From assembly GCF_001194135.2 (NCBI RefSeq), contig NC_069001.1, positions 36,146,292-36,186,439 of the forward strand: a stretch of 40,148 nucleotides of DNA. The letters are read 5' to 3'. Origin of the DNA: Octopus bimaculoides. Lineage: Eukaryota. Below, piece after piece: positions 1 through 11,752 of the stretch. The position numbers were made by a program, and so were the translations under genes. Every line of letters begins with the position of its first letter. Within the stretch, counting starts at the first letter, position 1. The notes beneath the pieces were generated by a model. The model had not been told where the DNA came from and made no database searches. It saw nothing but the letters and a program-made list of their open reading frames with translations.

Positions 1-82
<82 letters not shown>

Positions 83-172
83 CAATATTATATATATATA
101 GAGAGAGATAGATAAATATAGATATACATACATTTTCAGTCTAGAGCCAACTGTGAAAGTTAAGACATTTCT

Positions 173-222
<50 letters not shown>

Positions 223-266
223 CATATGTATTTATGTATGTATATGCATGCATATATCTATGTGTT

Positions 267-311
<45 letters not shown>

Positions 312-345
312 CTATGTGCTTGTGTGTGTGTATATATATATATAT
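1..345. repeat. Compound (TA)n/(TG)n microsatellites
   Basis: Direct inspection. Confidence 0.95.
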
Positions 346-983
346 TGTGTCTCTACATTGTGTCTTAAGGTAAAAATCACTCGTTCTCAATGCCCCTCAA
401 TTTTGGTCAGTTTCAAGAACTCGGCACCAAGTCTTTTGTTAATGTAACCTTCTACAAATAGTCTCGTTGATAATTAATTTCTGTAATATGTAATTACATT
501 CTGTGAGCAGGGTTTCCTCTTTGATTTGCTTTTAATGTCTTTGGCACTTTGGGAGAGGGGGAATGATAAGGGCCAGTGGTGCCACTTCATAAGAAAGGTG
601 CAGCAGCACTAATCTCCCATTGAGATTTATGCATGTTGATCCTTTCACAAATCATTAAATATTTATAGCCTTCTTTGAAGATCACAGGTTTTCTCCACAA
701 AATTGAAATGAGAGATGATTCATGCCCTTTAAGTTAGTAGGCTTCTAGGTAGTCAGTCAGTTTGCTAGATATAGCAACTAAGCACCCTCATTTCATACTC
801 TACTAACCTAAAAAAAATATAAAGGGACAAATGGAAGATCAAGAGTGACCTGGGTCCTGACAAAAATGATTATTCTTGTCTATTGAAGTAGAAAGTTCTA
901 CTGAAGAAAATCCTTTCGTTTCAGGGCTCCAAGTGAAATTTTCTGGGGGACAGTTAGGGATATGCTTCTTCATAAAATTAAAG

Positions 984-1104
984 ATGGTTCTGGGTTCAGT
1001 CCCACTGTGTGGCATCTTGGGCAAGTGTCTTCTACTATAGCCTCGGGCTGACCAAAGCCTTGTGAGTGGATTTGGTAGACGGAAACTGAAAGAAGCCTGT
1101 CGTA

Positions 1105-1147
<43 letters not shown>

Positions 1148-1308
1148 ATGTGTGTGTATATGTTTGTGTGTTTGTGTTTGTCCCCCCCAACATCTCTTGA
1201 CAACCGATGGTGGTGTGTTTACGTCCCCGTAACTTAGCAGTTCGGCAAAAGAGACCGATACAATAATTTCTAGGCTTACAAAGAATAAGTCCTGGGGGTC
1301 GATTTGCT
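984..1308 (+). mobile_element. SINE family A (tRNA-derived), 5'-truncated, runs into gap
   Basis: B box GGTTCAGTCCC, core CTTGGGCAAGTGTCTTCTACTATAGCC...GGAAACTGAAAGAAGCC, internal (TA)n(TG)n, and tail GACAACCGATG...GGGGTCGATTTGCT. Matches the reverse complement of 10955-11343. Confidence 0.9.
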
Positions 1309-2018
1309 NNNNNNNNNNNNNNNNNNNNNNNNNNNNNNNNNNNNNNNNNNNNNNNNNNNNNNNNNNNNNNNNNNNNNNNNNNNNNNNNNNNNNNNNNNNN
1401 NNNNNNNNNNNNNNNNNNNNNNNNNNNNNNNNNNNNNNNNNNNNNNNNNNNNNNNNNNNNNNNNNNNNNNNNNNNNNNNNNNNNNNNNNNNNNNNNNNNN
1501 NNNNNNNNNNNNNNNNNNNNNNNNNNNNNNNNNNNNNNNNNNNNNNNNNNNNNNNNNNNNNNNNNNNNNNNNNNNNNNNNNNNNNNNNNNNNNNNNNNNN
1601 NNNNNNNNNNNNNNNNNNNNNNNNNNNNNNNNNNNNNNNNNNNNNNNNNNNNNNNNNNNNNNNNNNNNNNNNNNNNNNNNNNNNNNNNNNNNNNNNNNNN
1701 NNNNNNNNNNNNNNNNNNNNNNNNNNNNNNNNNNNNNNNNNNNNNNNNNNNNNNNNNNNNNNNNNNNNNNNNNNNNNNNNNNNNNNNNNNNNNNNNNNNN
1801 NNNNNNNNNNNNNNNNNNNNNNNNNNNNNNNNNNNNNNNNNNNNNNNNNNNNNNNNNNNNNNNNNNNNNNNNNNNNNNNNNNNNNNNNNNNNNNNNNNNN
1901 NNNNNNNNNNNNNNNNNNNNNNNNNNNNNNNNNNNNNNNNNNNNNNNNNNNNNNNNNNNNNNNNNNNNNNNNNNNNNNNNNNNNNNNNNNNNNNNNNNNN
2001 NNNNNNNNNNNNNNNNNN

Positions 2019-2053
<35 letters not shown>

Positions 2054-2054
2054 A

Positions 2055-2089
<35 letters not shown>

Positions 2090-2159
2090 ATATATATTAT
2101 ATATATAAATATATATATATATATGTATGTATATATATTTAAATATGTGTATATATATG

Positions 2160-2191
<32 letters not shown>

Positions 2192-2552
2192 ATTTAAATA
2201 TATTCAAACAGTGGGAAAGATTCGTGTAAGATACATGAAAAGATTCATAAAACTATACTTCAGAAACGATAAAATATTTATATTGAAATTCATGGACATC
2301 TCCGGCTTGCCGCATCTATTAAATATCTGAATTAAATTAAGGAACGCACACACGTGCTCATATGCACACACACACACGCATGCACACACATATGCATGCA
2401 CACATACACACCATGGTTCTGGTATTGATCTCAAATAATATTCAATCGATTCTCCCAAGATCTGATATTTGCAAACATGCCTGCTTGTGTTAGAAATATT
2501 TTTAAGACAATTAAATTTCATTTTCGTTAGGGTCATCAGACAAAGTATTTCA

Positions 2553-2695
2553 ATGTGGTTAAGAAGCTTGCTTTACAACCTTGAGCTTCATGGTTCAATC
2601 CCACTGCACAGCGCCTTGGGTAAAATGTCTTCTACTATAGTCCCAGTGCCTTGTAAGTGAATTTGGTAGATGGAAACTGTGTGAAAGCCTATTAC

Positions 2696-2739
<44 letters not shown>

Positions 2740-2890
2740 GTATATTTACGAATGTCTTCGCACTCCTACTTTCACTTGGGGACCACTGTTGGTTTGTTTA
2801 CATCCCTGTAACTTTGTGGTTCAGCAAACAAGATAACCCTTCCAAGCCTTGCCCCAGCATGGCCACAGTCAAATGACTGAAACAAGTAAA
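2553..2890 (+). mobile_element. SINE family A, diverged copy with internal deletions
   Basis: Head GTGGTTAAGAAGCTTGC...GGTTCAATCCCACTGC, core ...TTTGGTAGATGGAAACTG, internal (TA)n(GA)n, and tail CAGCATGGCCACAGTCAAATGACTGAAACAAGTAAA. Confidence 0.8.
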
Positions 2891-2917
2891 CAACAAAATG
2901 CCAAATGCCCCAATTCT

Positions 2918-3033
2918 TTAACCCTTTTATTACCATATTCTTGTAATCTTCTGCCTTCCTTTCGAATAATTTTGAAAATAAGGAAAAATCTAGTAAAATA
3001 ATTTTGTCATTATTTAAGCTGAGGATTTGAACT
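2918..3033 (+). mobile_element. piggyBac-like MITE, left part, interrupted by a SINE A copy
   Basis: Starts TTAA|CCCTTTT. The body (…gtaaaataattttgtcattatttaagctg…) resembles 25117-25340 and 25430-25624. Confidence 0.55.
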
Positions 3034-3034
3034 T

Positions 3035-3510
3035 GGGCGCAGGCGTGGCTGTGTGGTAAGAAGCTTGCTTCCCAACCACATGGTTTCTGGTTCAGTCTCA
3101 TTGTGAGGCTTTTTGAACTAGTGTAGTCTATTATGGCCTCAGGCTGACCAAAGCCTTGTCAGCAGATTTGGTATATGATGGAGACTGAAAGAAACCCATT
3201 GTACATATACATACATGTTTGTTTGTGTGTGTGAGTATGTATGTACAAGTGCATGCATGTGTGTGTGTGTGTGTTACTATCTCTTTGCCTTGTCTTTATG
3301 TGATAGTTGTAAGCAAGTGTCACTGTCACATAAGCCGTGTTCTTCATTTCCAATCTGCCATGGAAACATGTCTAGTCATGGTGAGATATTATCTTACCTG
3401 GGAACAGATAAGGACTGGCAAAAAGGAAAGACATCCAGCCACAGGAAATCTGTCCCAACAGATTCCATCTCACCCATATAAGCATCAAAAAATGAACATT
3501 GAATGAAAAT
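3035..3510 (+). mobile_element. SINE with a family A head and a different 3' tail, followed by (GAT)n
   Basis: Intact head GGGCGCAGGCGTGGCTGTGTGGTAAG (A box) and GGTTCAGTCTC (B box). The family A core and TG repeat are followed by an alternative tail containing GACATCCAGCCACAGGAAATCT, also seen at 29843-29907. Confidence 0.75.
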
Positions 3511-3565
3511 GATGATGATGACGATGATAATAATGATGACAACAACAATGATGGTTCAAACTTGA

Positions 3566-3661
3566 TATCACCTTTTCCCCATGTATAAGTCGCAACCTGA
3601 TTCTTTGTCATTTAAAACCAACCAGAAATTACTCCAACTTATAACCTGAGTAAATACAGTA
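3566..3661. mobile_element. Possible degenerate Tc1/mariner-type MITE
   Basis: Internal inverted pair TATAAGTCGCA (3584-3594) / CAACTTATA (3635-3643) and a right end TAAATACAGTA, as in TACNGTATTT-terminated elements; the left end is decayed. Confidence 0.3.
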
Positions 3662-4033
3662 ATTTTGGAAGCAAATTGTCTTAAAATTGATTCCATTCCA
3701 TCCGTCTTTTTTTATTGATTGAACATCTATCTGAGTTTCACCCTCCTAGCATGTCTGTCTGTCAAACAGATCACAGGCTCTGTGAGATGTGCCATGATTT
3801 AACCATCAGTGTCAGCTTGGATTTGATTGTCAAGCCACCACGTTTCAATCTGTGAGGAAATTTGTTGTGACATATTCTGCGAGTCTTGTATTTATCGAAA
3901 ATGGAATCACTTCAGGCAAGAATTGTCCTCGATTCACTTCTTCTAGCCTTGAAATCTGCAAACAATAGAGACAAAATCAACTGAAGATACACGTGTGTGT
4001 GTGTGTGAGTCTACATATATATGTATATGTGTA

Positions 4034-4086
<53 letters not shown>

Positions 4087-4221
4087 ATATATATATGTAG
4101 ACATAGATATACAAATATACACATACAAACATAGCTCACCACCTTAATAGTAATGATGATGATTATAATAATAATATTAATAATAATAATAATAATAATA
4201 ATGATAATAATAATGATAATA

Positions 4222-4416
4222 GTTTAGGTACAAGGCCAGCAGTTTTGGGGAAGGAACTAAGCTAGTTACATCGACCCCAGTGTTCAAATGGTAATTATTC
4301 TGTTGACCCCAGGAGGATGAAAGGCAAAGTCAGAATTTGAACTCAGAACATAGACGAATGAAACGCCACTGAGCATTTTGCCCAGCATGATAACAGCTCT
4401 GCTAGCTTGCCACCTT
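4222..4416 (-). mobile_element. SINE family B (tRNA-derived)
   Basis: Reverse complement of the B consensus: CATCGACCCCAG...GGATGAAAGGCAAAGTC...GAATTTGAACTC (B box)...GCTTGCCACCTT. Flanked by trinucleotide repeats. Confidence 0.85.
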
Positions 4417-4493
4417 GATGATGATGATGATGGTGGTGATAGTGGTAGTGGTGATAGTGGTAGTGGTGATAGTGGTGGTGGTGGTGGTGGTGA

Positions 4494-4718
4494 TCCTTTC
4501 TACTGTAGGCACAAGGCCTGAAATTTTGTGGGAAGGGGACTAGTTGATTACATCGACCCCCTCNNNNNNNNNNCAGTGTTTCACTGGTACTTAATTTGTC
4601 AAAAGGATGAAAGGCAAAGTCAACCCGGTCGGAATTTGAACCCAGAACGTGTAAGACATATGAAACGGCGCTAAGCATTTCACCCAGCATTCTAACAACT
4701 CCGCTAGCTCACCACCTT
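4494..4718 (-). mobile_element. SINE family B, tandem with the previous copy
   Basis: TCCTTTCTACTGTAGGCACAAGGCCTGAAATTTT...GGAATTTGAACCC...GCTCACCACCTT; contains a 10-N gap. Confidence 0.85.
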
Positions 4719-5339
4719 AATGATGATGATGATGATGATAATGACGAATGTGATGATTTGCCATTTACCTTTCATTCACAACACGCAGGCATGTGACAAT
4801 TCACGTTGTACAGAATGCGTCATCATAGACAAAGAACACCTATTATTATTCTTGAAATAGTAATCCTGAATTTTCGAGGAATCTGCGTGGAAGTAAATTC
4901 AATATGGTGTCAATTTGATTTCTTGAAAAGATTATCTTGTAATTTGATAAGAACACATAGTCTTGCTCCATTTGGCTCGTTTAGTCGTTTAGTCAAGTAA
5001 TTTTGTAGTTTGTTCATTTCTTACTTAATTTTCATGATAGTTTTTCGTGTCATTTATTTAGTCCGCAAATCTATTTCAGAATGACTAGTGCTTTTATTAA
5101 CTTAAGGTGTTTATTCCGTTAAGAAAAATCAATAGATTAATGGAGTTTGAAAATAAAAAGAAAAAAATGAAAGAAAATACATACCTAAAACAACAGCTAA
5201 ATATATTATTACCAAATCTTTATGTTTTATCAAAATTTTCCATTCAATATTTTTAACATGATTTTGTTGTGAAATTGCATTTTTTTTTCCTCTTTTGCTT
5301 TCTCGGTCTCCCTCCTTCCCTCTCACCCTTTTCCCTCAC

Positions 5340-5525
5340 TCGTTCACTCTTTCTCTTTCTCTCTCTCTCTCTTTTTTCTCTTTCTCTCTGTTTTCCTTCT
5401 CTTTCTTTCTCTCCATTTTTCACTCTTTCTCTCTTTCTCAAACCCTATCTATTTATCTCATACACAATTTATTTACTTATTTATTTAAAAGATAATTATT
5501 ATTATCATCATTATTATTATTATCA

Positions 5526-5566
<41 letters not shown>

Positions 5567-5730
5567 CTCATTATTATCATCGTTCTCATCATCATAATCA
5601 TCATCCCTGTCGTTGTCGTCATTGTCATCGTCAGCATTAACATTATTATCTTCATCATTATTACCATTACTATTTTCAGTGTTATCATCATCATCATCAT
5701 TATTATTATTATTATTATAACCATCATCAT
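5340..5730. repeat. (CT)-rich tract followed by (TAT/CAT)n
   Basis: Direct inspection. Confidence 0.9.
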
Positions 5731-6074
5731 CATTTACACTAAATTGCTATCTTTAACGAAGAACAGCAACAAAAAATAAAACAAATAAAACCAAAATTCT
5801 TGCTTTAATATTTGCAGATTGGTTTACAAAAATATATATAAAAACACACACATAAAAAAAAACTACACTATCTTAAAATATCTATAGATTATTCTGAGTA
5901 TCTAGGTTTAAATGTTAGCTATTCAATATATATAACATATATTTTCCTTCGATAAAAAGGAAATATTTTAATAAAAGTCGAAATATTTTATCAGGTAATG
6001 TACGATATTATATATAGATACCTGAAAAGCCAAAATATCATTAATTTTGTTTGTATTTTTGATTTATTTATTTT

Positions 6075-6112
<38 letters not shown>

Positions 6113-6344
6113 TTGTCTTCAACTTTTGCTAATGAAAACTTTTCAATAGATTCCACTTAGGTTTAAAATATGGAAGACTGTATAATGTTCGAATATATGA
6201 TATAGTAATGTATTAAAAGTATGGAAGACTATAATGTGTTCAAAGTCTGAGGAAAATGTAATATAACATAACATGTAACAAAAATAATAATAATAACAAT
6301 AACAATAATGATAATAATGATAATAATAATAATGATAATAATAA

Positions 6345-6522
6345 CCCTTTCTACTATTGNNNNNNNNNNGGGGGGGGGGGGGTTGTTGATTAAATCGACC
6401 CCAGTGCTCAACTGGTACTTATTTTATCAATCTTCAAAGTATGAAAGGCTAATTAGAACTCGGAACATAATGATAGACGAAATCCCACTTAGCATTTTGC
6501 TATTTCTGCCAGCTCAACACTT
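6345..6522 (-). mobile_element. SINE family B, diverged
   Basis: CCCTTTCTACTA...ATCGACCCCAGTGCTCAACTGGTACTTATTTTATC...TCTGCCAGCTC; (AAT)n on the left flank. Confidence 0.75.
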
Positions 6523-7367
6523 TTGTAATATAATATTATATTATATAAGATAACAAGTTTTAAATAATGAGGTACTACACTCAGGTTGGATCCAGCTGAT
6601 GGTAAGGGCTTAGGCTGACCCCAGCTCAGTTTTATGAAAAATATTCCTTTCTCGTATTTCAAAATATTCTTCCACATATATATCACTATCATGGGTTGAA
6701 AGTTGTGATTATTGCTGATTCTGGTTAGTTCAAACTAGTGCACCTTAAGGGAGCCTTTTATTTATTTCAACCAATGAAAAAGAAGCTTATAAACTTAAAT
6801 GTTGAAAGATGTGATCTATCATCCCTTCACTTTGTCTATACATACCAAGCTGTATGAAAGACATTTTTTTTTTCAAATTTTCACATATATTTGCCGAAAG
6901 GAATTCTACTGATTCATCAATAGATACTGTAATATCTTGCAGCTGAAACAATACAAGATATCTATCAATCATGGGTTTTCTCAAGAACTGTAGTGCATTC
7001 AGTTGGTCAATTTCTATCACTGCTCTCATTCTAAGGAAGCTTACTCTATAGGACCATGTGTATATATTATGCAGATGAGTTTTCTGCACACAAACTTTCC
7101 TAACATCCCATATATTCTTCCCTTTCTTTATTGTTAATAAAGTTGCTATAACATATACTGACCCCTCGGTGCATTTGCATCATCCGATATATTCATACGG
7201 GTTTTTTTTAGGAACTCTGTATTAAGTAAACAAACAATAAAGAATTCAAAATGCGAATACTGTGCATGTTTTTCCTTATAATTCCTTAATTTCAATTTCA
7301 ATTTCAATTTCAAATTCTTGAAATTATGATAAACTAATTATCTCGTTTGTAATAGTTGTAACTAGAA

Positions 7368-7683
7368 CAATGACTCTCAACCAAAGTCTATATGACTCTA
7401 GGTGTATTTATGACTCTGGGAGTCCATATGACTCTGGAGGTCCCATATGACTCAGGGGATCCATATAAGATTTAGTTAAAATTTACGTACAATAAATTGG
7501 TTATAGTTATAATTCGAAAATACACAAACTTTTTAAGAGTCTTTTTTTATACAATACTTAATAATATTTAACTATAACGATATATAAGGTTCTTTTAAAC
7601 ATTGTATGGTTATGAGAGTCCAGCAGAGTCAAACAGGAATCGAAGGAGTCCATAGGCAAAAAAAAAACACTAGAAAACCACTG
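7368..7683. mobile_element. hAT/Charlie-like MITE
   Basis: Left end CAATGACTCTCAACC and right end GAAAACCACTG resemble CAGTGGTTCTCAACC-type TIRs. The 8-bp flanks AACTAGAA / CATTAGAG resemble the NTCTAGAN target. Subterminal TATGACTC repeats on the left are inverted as GAGTC on the right. Confidence 0.55.
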
Positions 7684-8379
7684 CATTAGAGGGAACACAT
7701 GTGTTTGACTAATCCTATAATTTTTAATAAAAGTTCATAGTTTATCAACGTTAGATGCTAAATTTTGACCTCTCACTATAACTGTATCAAAAGAAGACCT
7801 AAAAATCAATGAGAAACTTCTGTGACTTTGATCACCAATTGACCACCAACATTTTCCAGGGGGTTTTTTGTTGGTTTTTGTTGGGTATTTTATTTTATTT
7901 TATTTTATTTTATTGTTTCTACATAATTTATATTTCTCTGCATTGAAACGTCTTATATATTTGTCTGACTTTGATAAGAAATTCTGAGGTTTCTTTCAAA
8001 TGTAGTTTTCAGATTGACTCTTTTTTTTACATTTCTTTTCTAGTTTTCATTGGTTTTCGTCTGTTTTTCAAGTGTCTCTTTTAGTCATGATCCGACTTAT
8101 TCATGTCTCTTCTATTTCTGTTTAGGTTTGTTTTATCTAATTAACTGCTCAAAGCAAAACTCCAAAAGATAAAAAGACAAAATTTTGGGGAAAAAAAAAA
8201 ACATTAAAAATTTTTTTAAATGAATAAAAACGAAATAAAATACTTAACTAAATAATAAAATTTCTGTATTTTATTTATACTTACTTATCTGGAGAAGAGA
8301 AGAAAACAAAAATGAGTGGTTCGTGATGTGAAATTATAGAGGTTAGAATATGGAAGAGAATCAAGGAAGTTTCCATGAA

Positions 8380-8632
8380 AACTAGAAGAAATTTTGTGTT
8401 GGAAACCACACGATATTTTGTTGGAAACAGCAAGAAATTTTTGTTGGAAGTGACAAGAAGTTTCTTAGGAAACTACAAGAAATTCGTTGGCAACCACAAG
8501 AAATTTTGTTGAAAGTCACAAGATATTTTACTGGGGAATGCAAGAAATTTTTGCTGGAAATATGAAGAATTTTTTTGGAAAACAAGATTTTGTTAGAAAC
8601 TATAGAATGTTTATTGGAAACAAAAGATATTC
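8380..8632 (+). repeat. Degenerate minisatellite, about 21-22 bp unit (AAGAAATTTTGTTGGAAACCAC-like), about 11 units
   Basis: Periodic recurrence of aagaaatt(t)tgttggaaac read directly from the sequence. Confidence 0.8.
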
Positions 8633-8747
8633 AAAGAGTAGATTCTATGAAGACTATTTAGGAAATGTAATGTCATATGGTCGTGGGTTTTAACATGTAA
8701 GTCGAGAGGATCTAGGGATTAGAGAAAAAACAAAAAGCTGACACTCC

Positions 8748-9038
8748 ACTGGTTCCAATCAATGGAACAGCCTGCTCATGAAACTAACATGCAAGTGGCT
8801 GAGTACTCCTAGGACACACATAGTTTTTAGTGTAGTTCTGAGAGAGAGATTAAGCAAGACACAGAATGGGACACGGTTGACCCTTTGAATTACAGGTACT
8901 ACTCACTTTTACCAGCTGAGTGGACTGGAGCAAAATGAAATAAAGTGTCTTGCTTAAGAATACAACACACTGCCAGGAATCAAACTAACAACTTTACGAT
9001 TGTAAGCCAAATACCTTAAATCAAGCCGCATGCTTCAC
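8748..9038 (-). mobile_element. SINE family C (tRNA-derived), diverged
   Basis: GGAACAGCCTGCTC...CAAGTGGCTGAG...CCCTTTGAATTACAGGTAC (shared with 37395-37782), followed by CAGCTGAGTGGACTGGAGCAA...AAGTGTCTTGCT (head/core shared with 39807-40141). Confidence 0.8.
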
Positions 9039-9454
9039 TAGTGATTAGATAATGAAAAGTTGCTGAGATTTGCTTCTGATGAGATTTGAAACCACTTTAT
9101 GCAGATTTCTTGTTAGAACCCCAGCATAAGATATCTAAATAACACATAAATTTCCATGTGAACATGATTTGACCAATCAGCATAAGCTACATTGTTATGG
9201 TTGATGTGAATATCAGAGTAAGTGTGCAAATTTTCCTGCCAAGTAGCTTGACTGAAAGTTCTAGAAACTTTTGCTAAAAGTTATAAAAAAGCTGGTGAAT
9301 TCAACGTCAGTCAGAATCATCCAGAAAACACATAGTCATGTCACTCTGCTCCATGAGATGGTCTCTCACTGCCTGTTACTTTTCTAAATATTACCCTTCC
9401 TTCAAAATTTCATGTCAATTTACATTCCAAACACAAGCTTGAATTATGACAAAG

Positions 9455-9570
9455 GGCGACGTGAAATGAAGTGTCTTGCTCAACAACACAATGCACCTTC
9501 TCGTTTGGGAATTGGAAATGCAATCTTGTGATTGTAAGTATAATATCATAACCACTAGGCCACATGTACT
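9455..9570 (-). mobile_element. SINE family C head fragment, highly diverged
   Basis: CGTGAAATGAAGTGTCTTGCTCAACAACACAA...TAACCACTAGGCCAC matches the reverse complement of the C head. Confidence 0.6.
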
Positions 9571-9859
9571 GGATACAGTTTCTGGAAAAAGGCAGGATGG
9601 CCATGGTTGGAATATATTTTGGTCATGTATAGGCTCACTTGTTGAGAGCTGATTTGAAGGAGTGGGGGGTTAAGCCATTGCAATGTGTGTGTATCAGAAT
9701 ATAGTATATGTGTGTGTGTATATATGTGTGTACGTATGTCTGTATATTTGTGTGTGTGCATGTGCATGTATGTGTGTGTGTGTGTGTGTGTGTGTACATG
9801 CATGCATGTGTTTTGCCCATAAATTATTGTGGCAATATCTTATTAGATTAATTCTATCC

Positions 9860-10018
9860 AATACAAAAATAATAATAATAATAACAACAGTAATAAAAAT
9901 GATGATGATGATGATGATGATGATAGTAGCAACAACAACAATAATAACAATAATAATAATGATAACAAGAAGAAGAATGATAATAATAATAATAATAATG
10001 ATAATAATGATAATAATG

Positions 10019-10055
<37 letters not shown>

Positions 10056-10075
10056 CAATAATAATAATGAAAATA
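9860..10075. repeat. (AAT/GAT/AAC)n trinucleotide array
   Basis: Direct inspection. Confidence 0.95.
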
Positions 10076-10954
10076 ACATCTGTGGTAGAGAAAATTGGAA
10101 ATAAAGCGAAGATAATTATTTTCCCATAAATTTCTTCTTTGTGGAAATCAACCAGTTTGTTTGGTGCAGTCATTTAGCAGTGAATTTTAACAGAAATGTT
10201 TAAATCTTAACCGCATTTCATAAATCAGTGAGTGGTGTGGGGAGGAAGGAGAAGTGGGGGGGGGGGGCAGAAATACAAATTAAAACAACAAACAAAACAA
10301 AACTATAGTAAAACAATATTAACAAGTATTATTTCCCCAATATTTCGTGGAATCTTCAATATTTTGGGGGTCATATTTTTTTCTCTCTATGATTGTTTTT
10401 TTTTTACATATATATGTATTTTTATAAAGGTTACGAAGGGTATTGGAGTCAACCGAACCCTAAGGATACAGGTAATACCGAGTAAGTGCTGTACACCGAC
10501 TAGTTTTGCCCCTGATGTGGTTGCAACATGAGTGGGGAATATAACATGGCTCGTGTATTAGCGTGTGGGAAGAAAGGAGAGCAAGGGAGAGGGTAGAGAA
10601 AAGGTGACGGGGAGAGGAAACATGAGGGCGAACAAGGTAGTGCTGTCATTCTCATTTCCTATAATTTCTTCAACTCTCTGATTAGGTCCTGATATTTGTC
10701 AGTTTTTTTCAGTTTCCTCGGTAGCCATTCTGTTTCAATATAGAATTGTGAACTACAATCTCCACCCTTCCAGTGTGTTTATCAAAAACCGGACAAGACT
10801 GGCAAGACTGGAGAGGCCAAATGGATCTACTCTGAGTTTGCTTTTCTAATTAGGAGGAAATACACTGGAAGCTGGTACTTCATATGCCTTCAGGATGGCA
10901 CAGTAATGAGGAACATTTTGTGTGGTGGACGACCTCACTATTGAAGATTCTATC

Positions 10955-11343
10955 TCTTTTACACTTTTACTTGTTTCAGTCATTTGACTGTGGCCATGCT
11001 GGAGCACCGCCTTTAGTCGAGCAAATCGACCCCAGGACTTATTCTTTGTAAGCCTAGTACTTATTCTATCGGTCTCTTTTTGCCAAACCGCTAAGTTACG
11101 GGGACGTAAACACACCAGCATTGGTTGTCAAGCAATGGTGGGGGGATAAACACAGACACACAAACACACATACATATATACGACGGGCTTCTTTCAGTTT
11201 CCGTCTACCAAATCCACTCACAAGGCTTTGGTCGGCCCGAGGCTATAGTAGAAGACACTTGCCCAAGGTGCCACGCAGTGGGACTGAACCCGGAACCATG
11301 TGGTTGGTAAGCAGGCTACTTACCACACAGCCACTCCTGCGCC
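10955..11343 (-). mobile_element. SINE family A, full length and little diverged
   Basis: On the - strand: GGCGCAGGAGTGGCTGTGTGG (A box), GGTTCAGTCCC (B box), core, short internal microsatellite, and tail ending GACTGAAACAAGTAAAAG repeats. Confidence 0.95.
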
Positions 11344-11586
11344 TATTAATTATTTATTTTTCTAATTTCTATTTTCATATCCCTTTGTTTGATCCCTTAA
11401 TGTTGTATTGCCTCCCCTTGATCGATGCAAACACCACCTGTTTCGTTTCTTGCATCTCATCCTTTGATATTGTCTTCCGTGTCTTGACCCTTGTGGCCAA
11501 TAAAAGAAATCGTTGTTGTTGTTGTTTTTTATCCAGTCCTTTCTGTCTCCAGATATTTACCATTCTTTTTCTTTTCTTTCTTCCAG

Positions 11587-11720
11587 ATATCAAAGATGGG
11601 AACCTGAAGTCGATTCTGGGATTGTTTTTCAGTCTTTCTCGGTTCAAACAGCAGCAGAAATCACAGCAGCAGCAACAAAAACAACAGCAAAACCTTCAGC
11701 AGCAGCAGCAGCAACAACAA

Positions 11721-11752
<32 letters not shown>

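Noticed and set aside
6787-7089. 100-aa non-repetitive - strand ORF, and a + strand IYQSW motif resembling the navigator IYTDW
   Set aside because: No recognisable domain. The + frame stops quickly and lacks the ANHYL continuation, so it is not the upstream CH exon.
8380-8632. CRISPR-like array
   Set aside because: Units are adjacent and degenerate with no unique spacers, the DNA is eukaryotic, and there are no cas genes.
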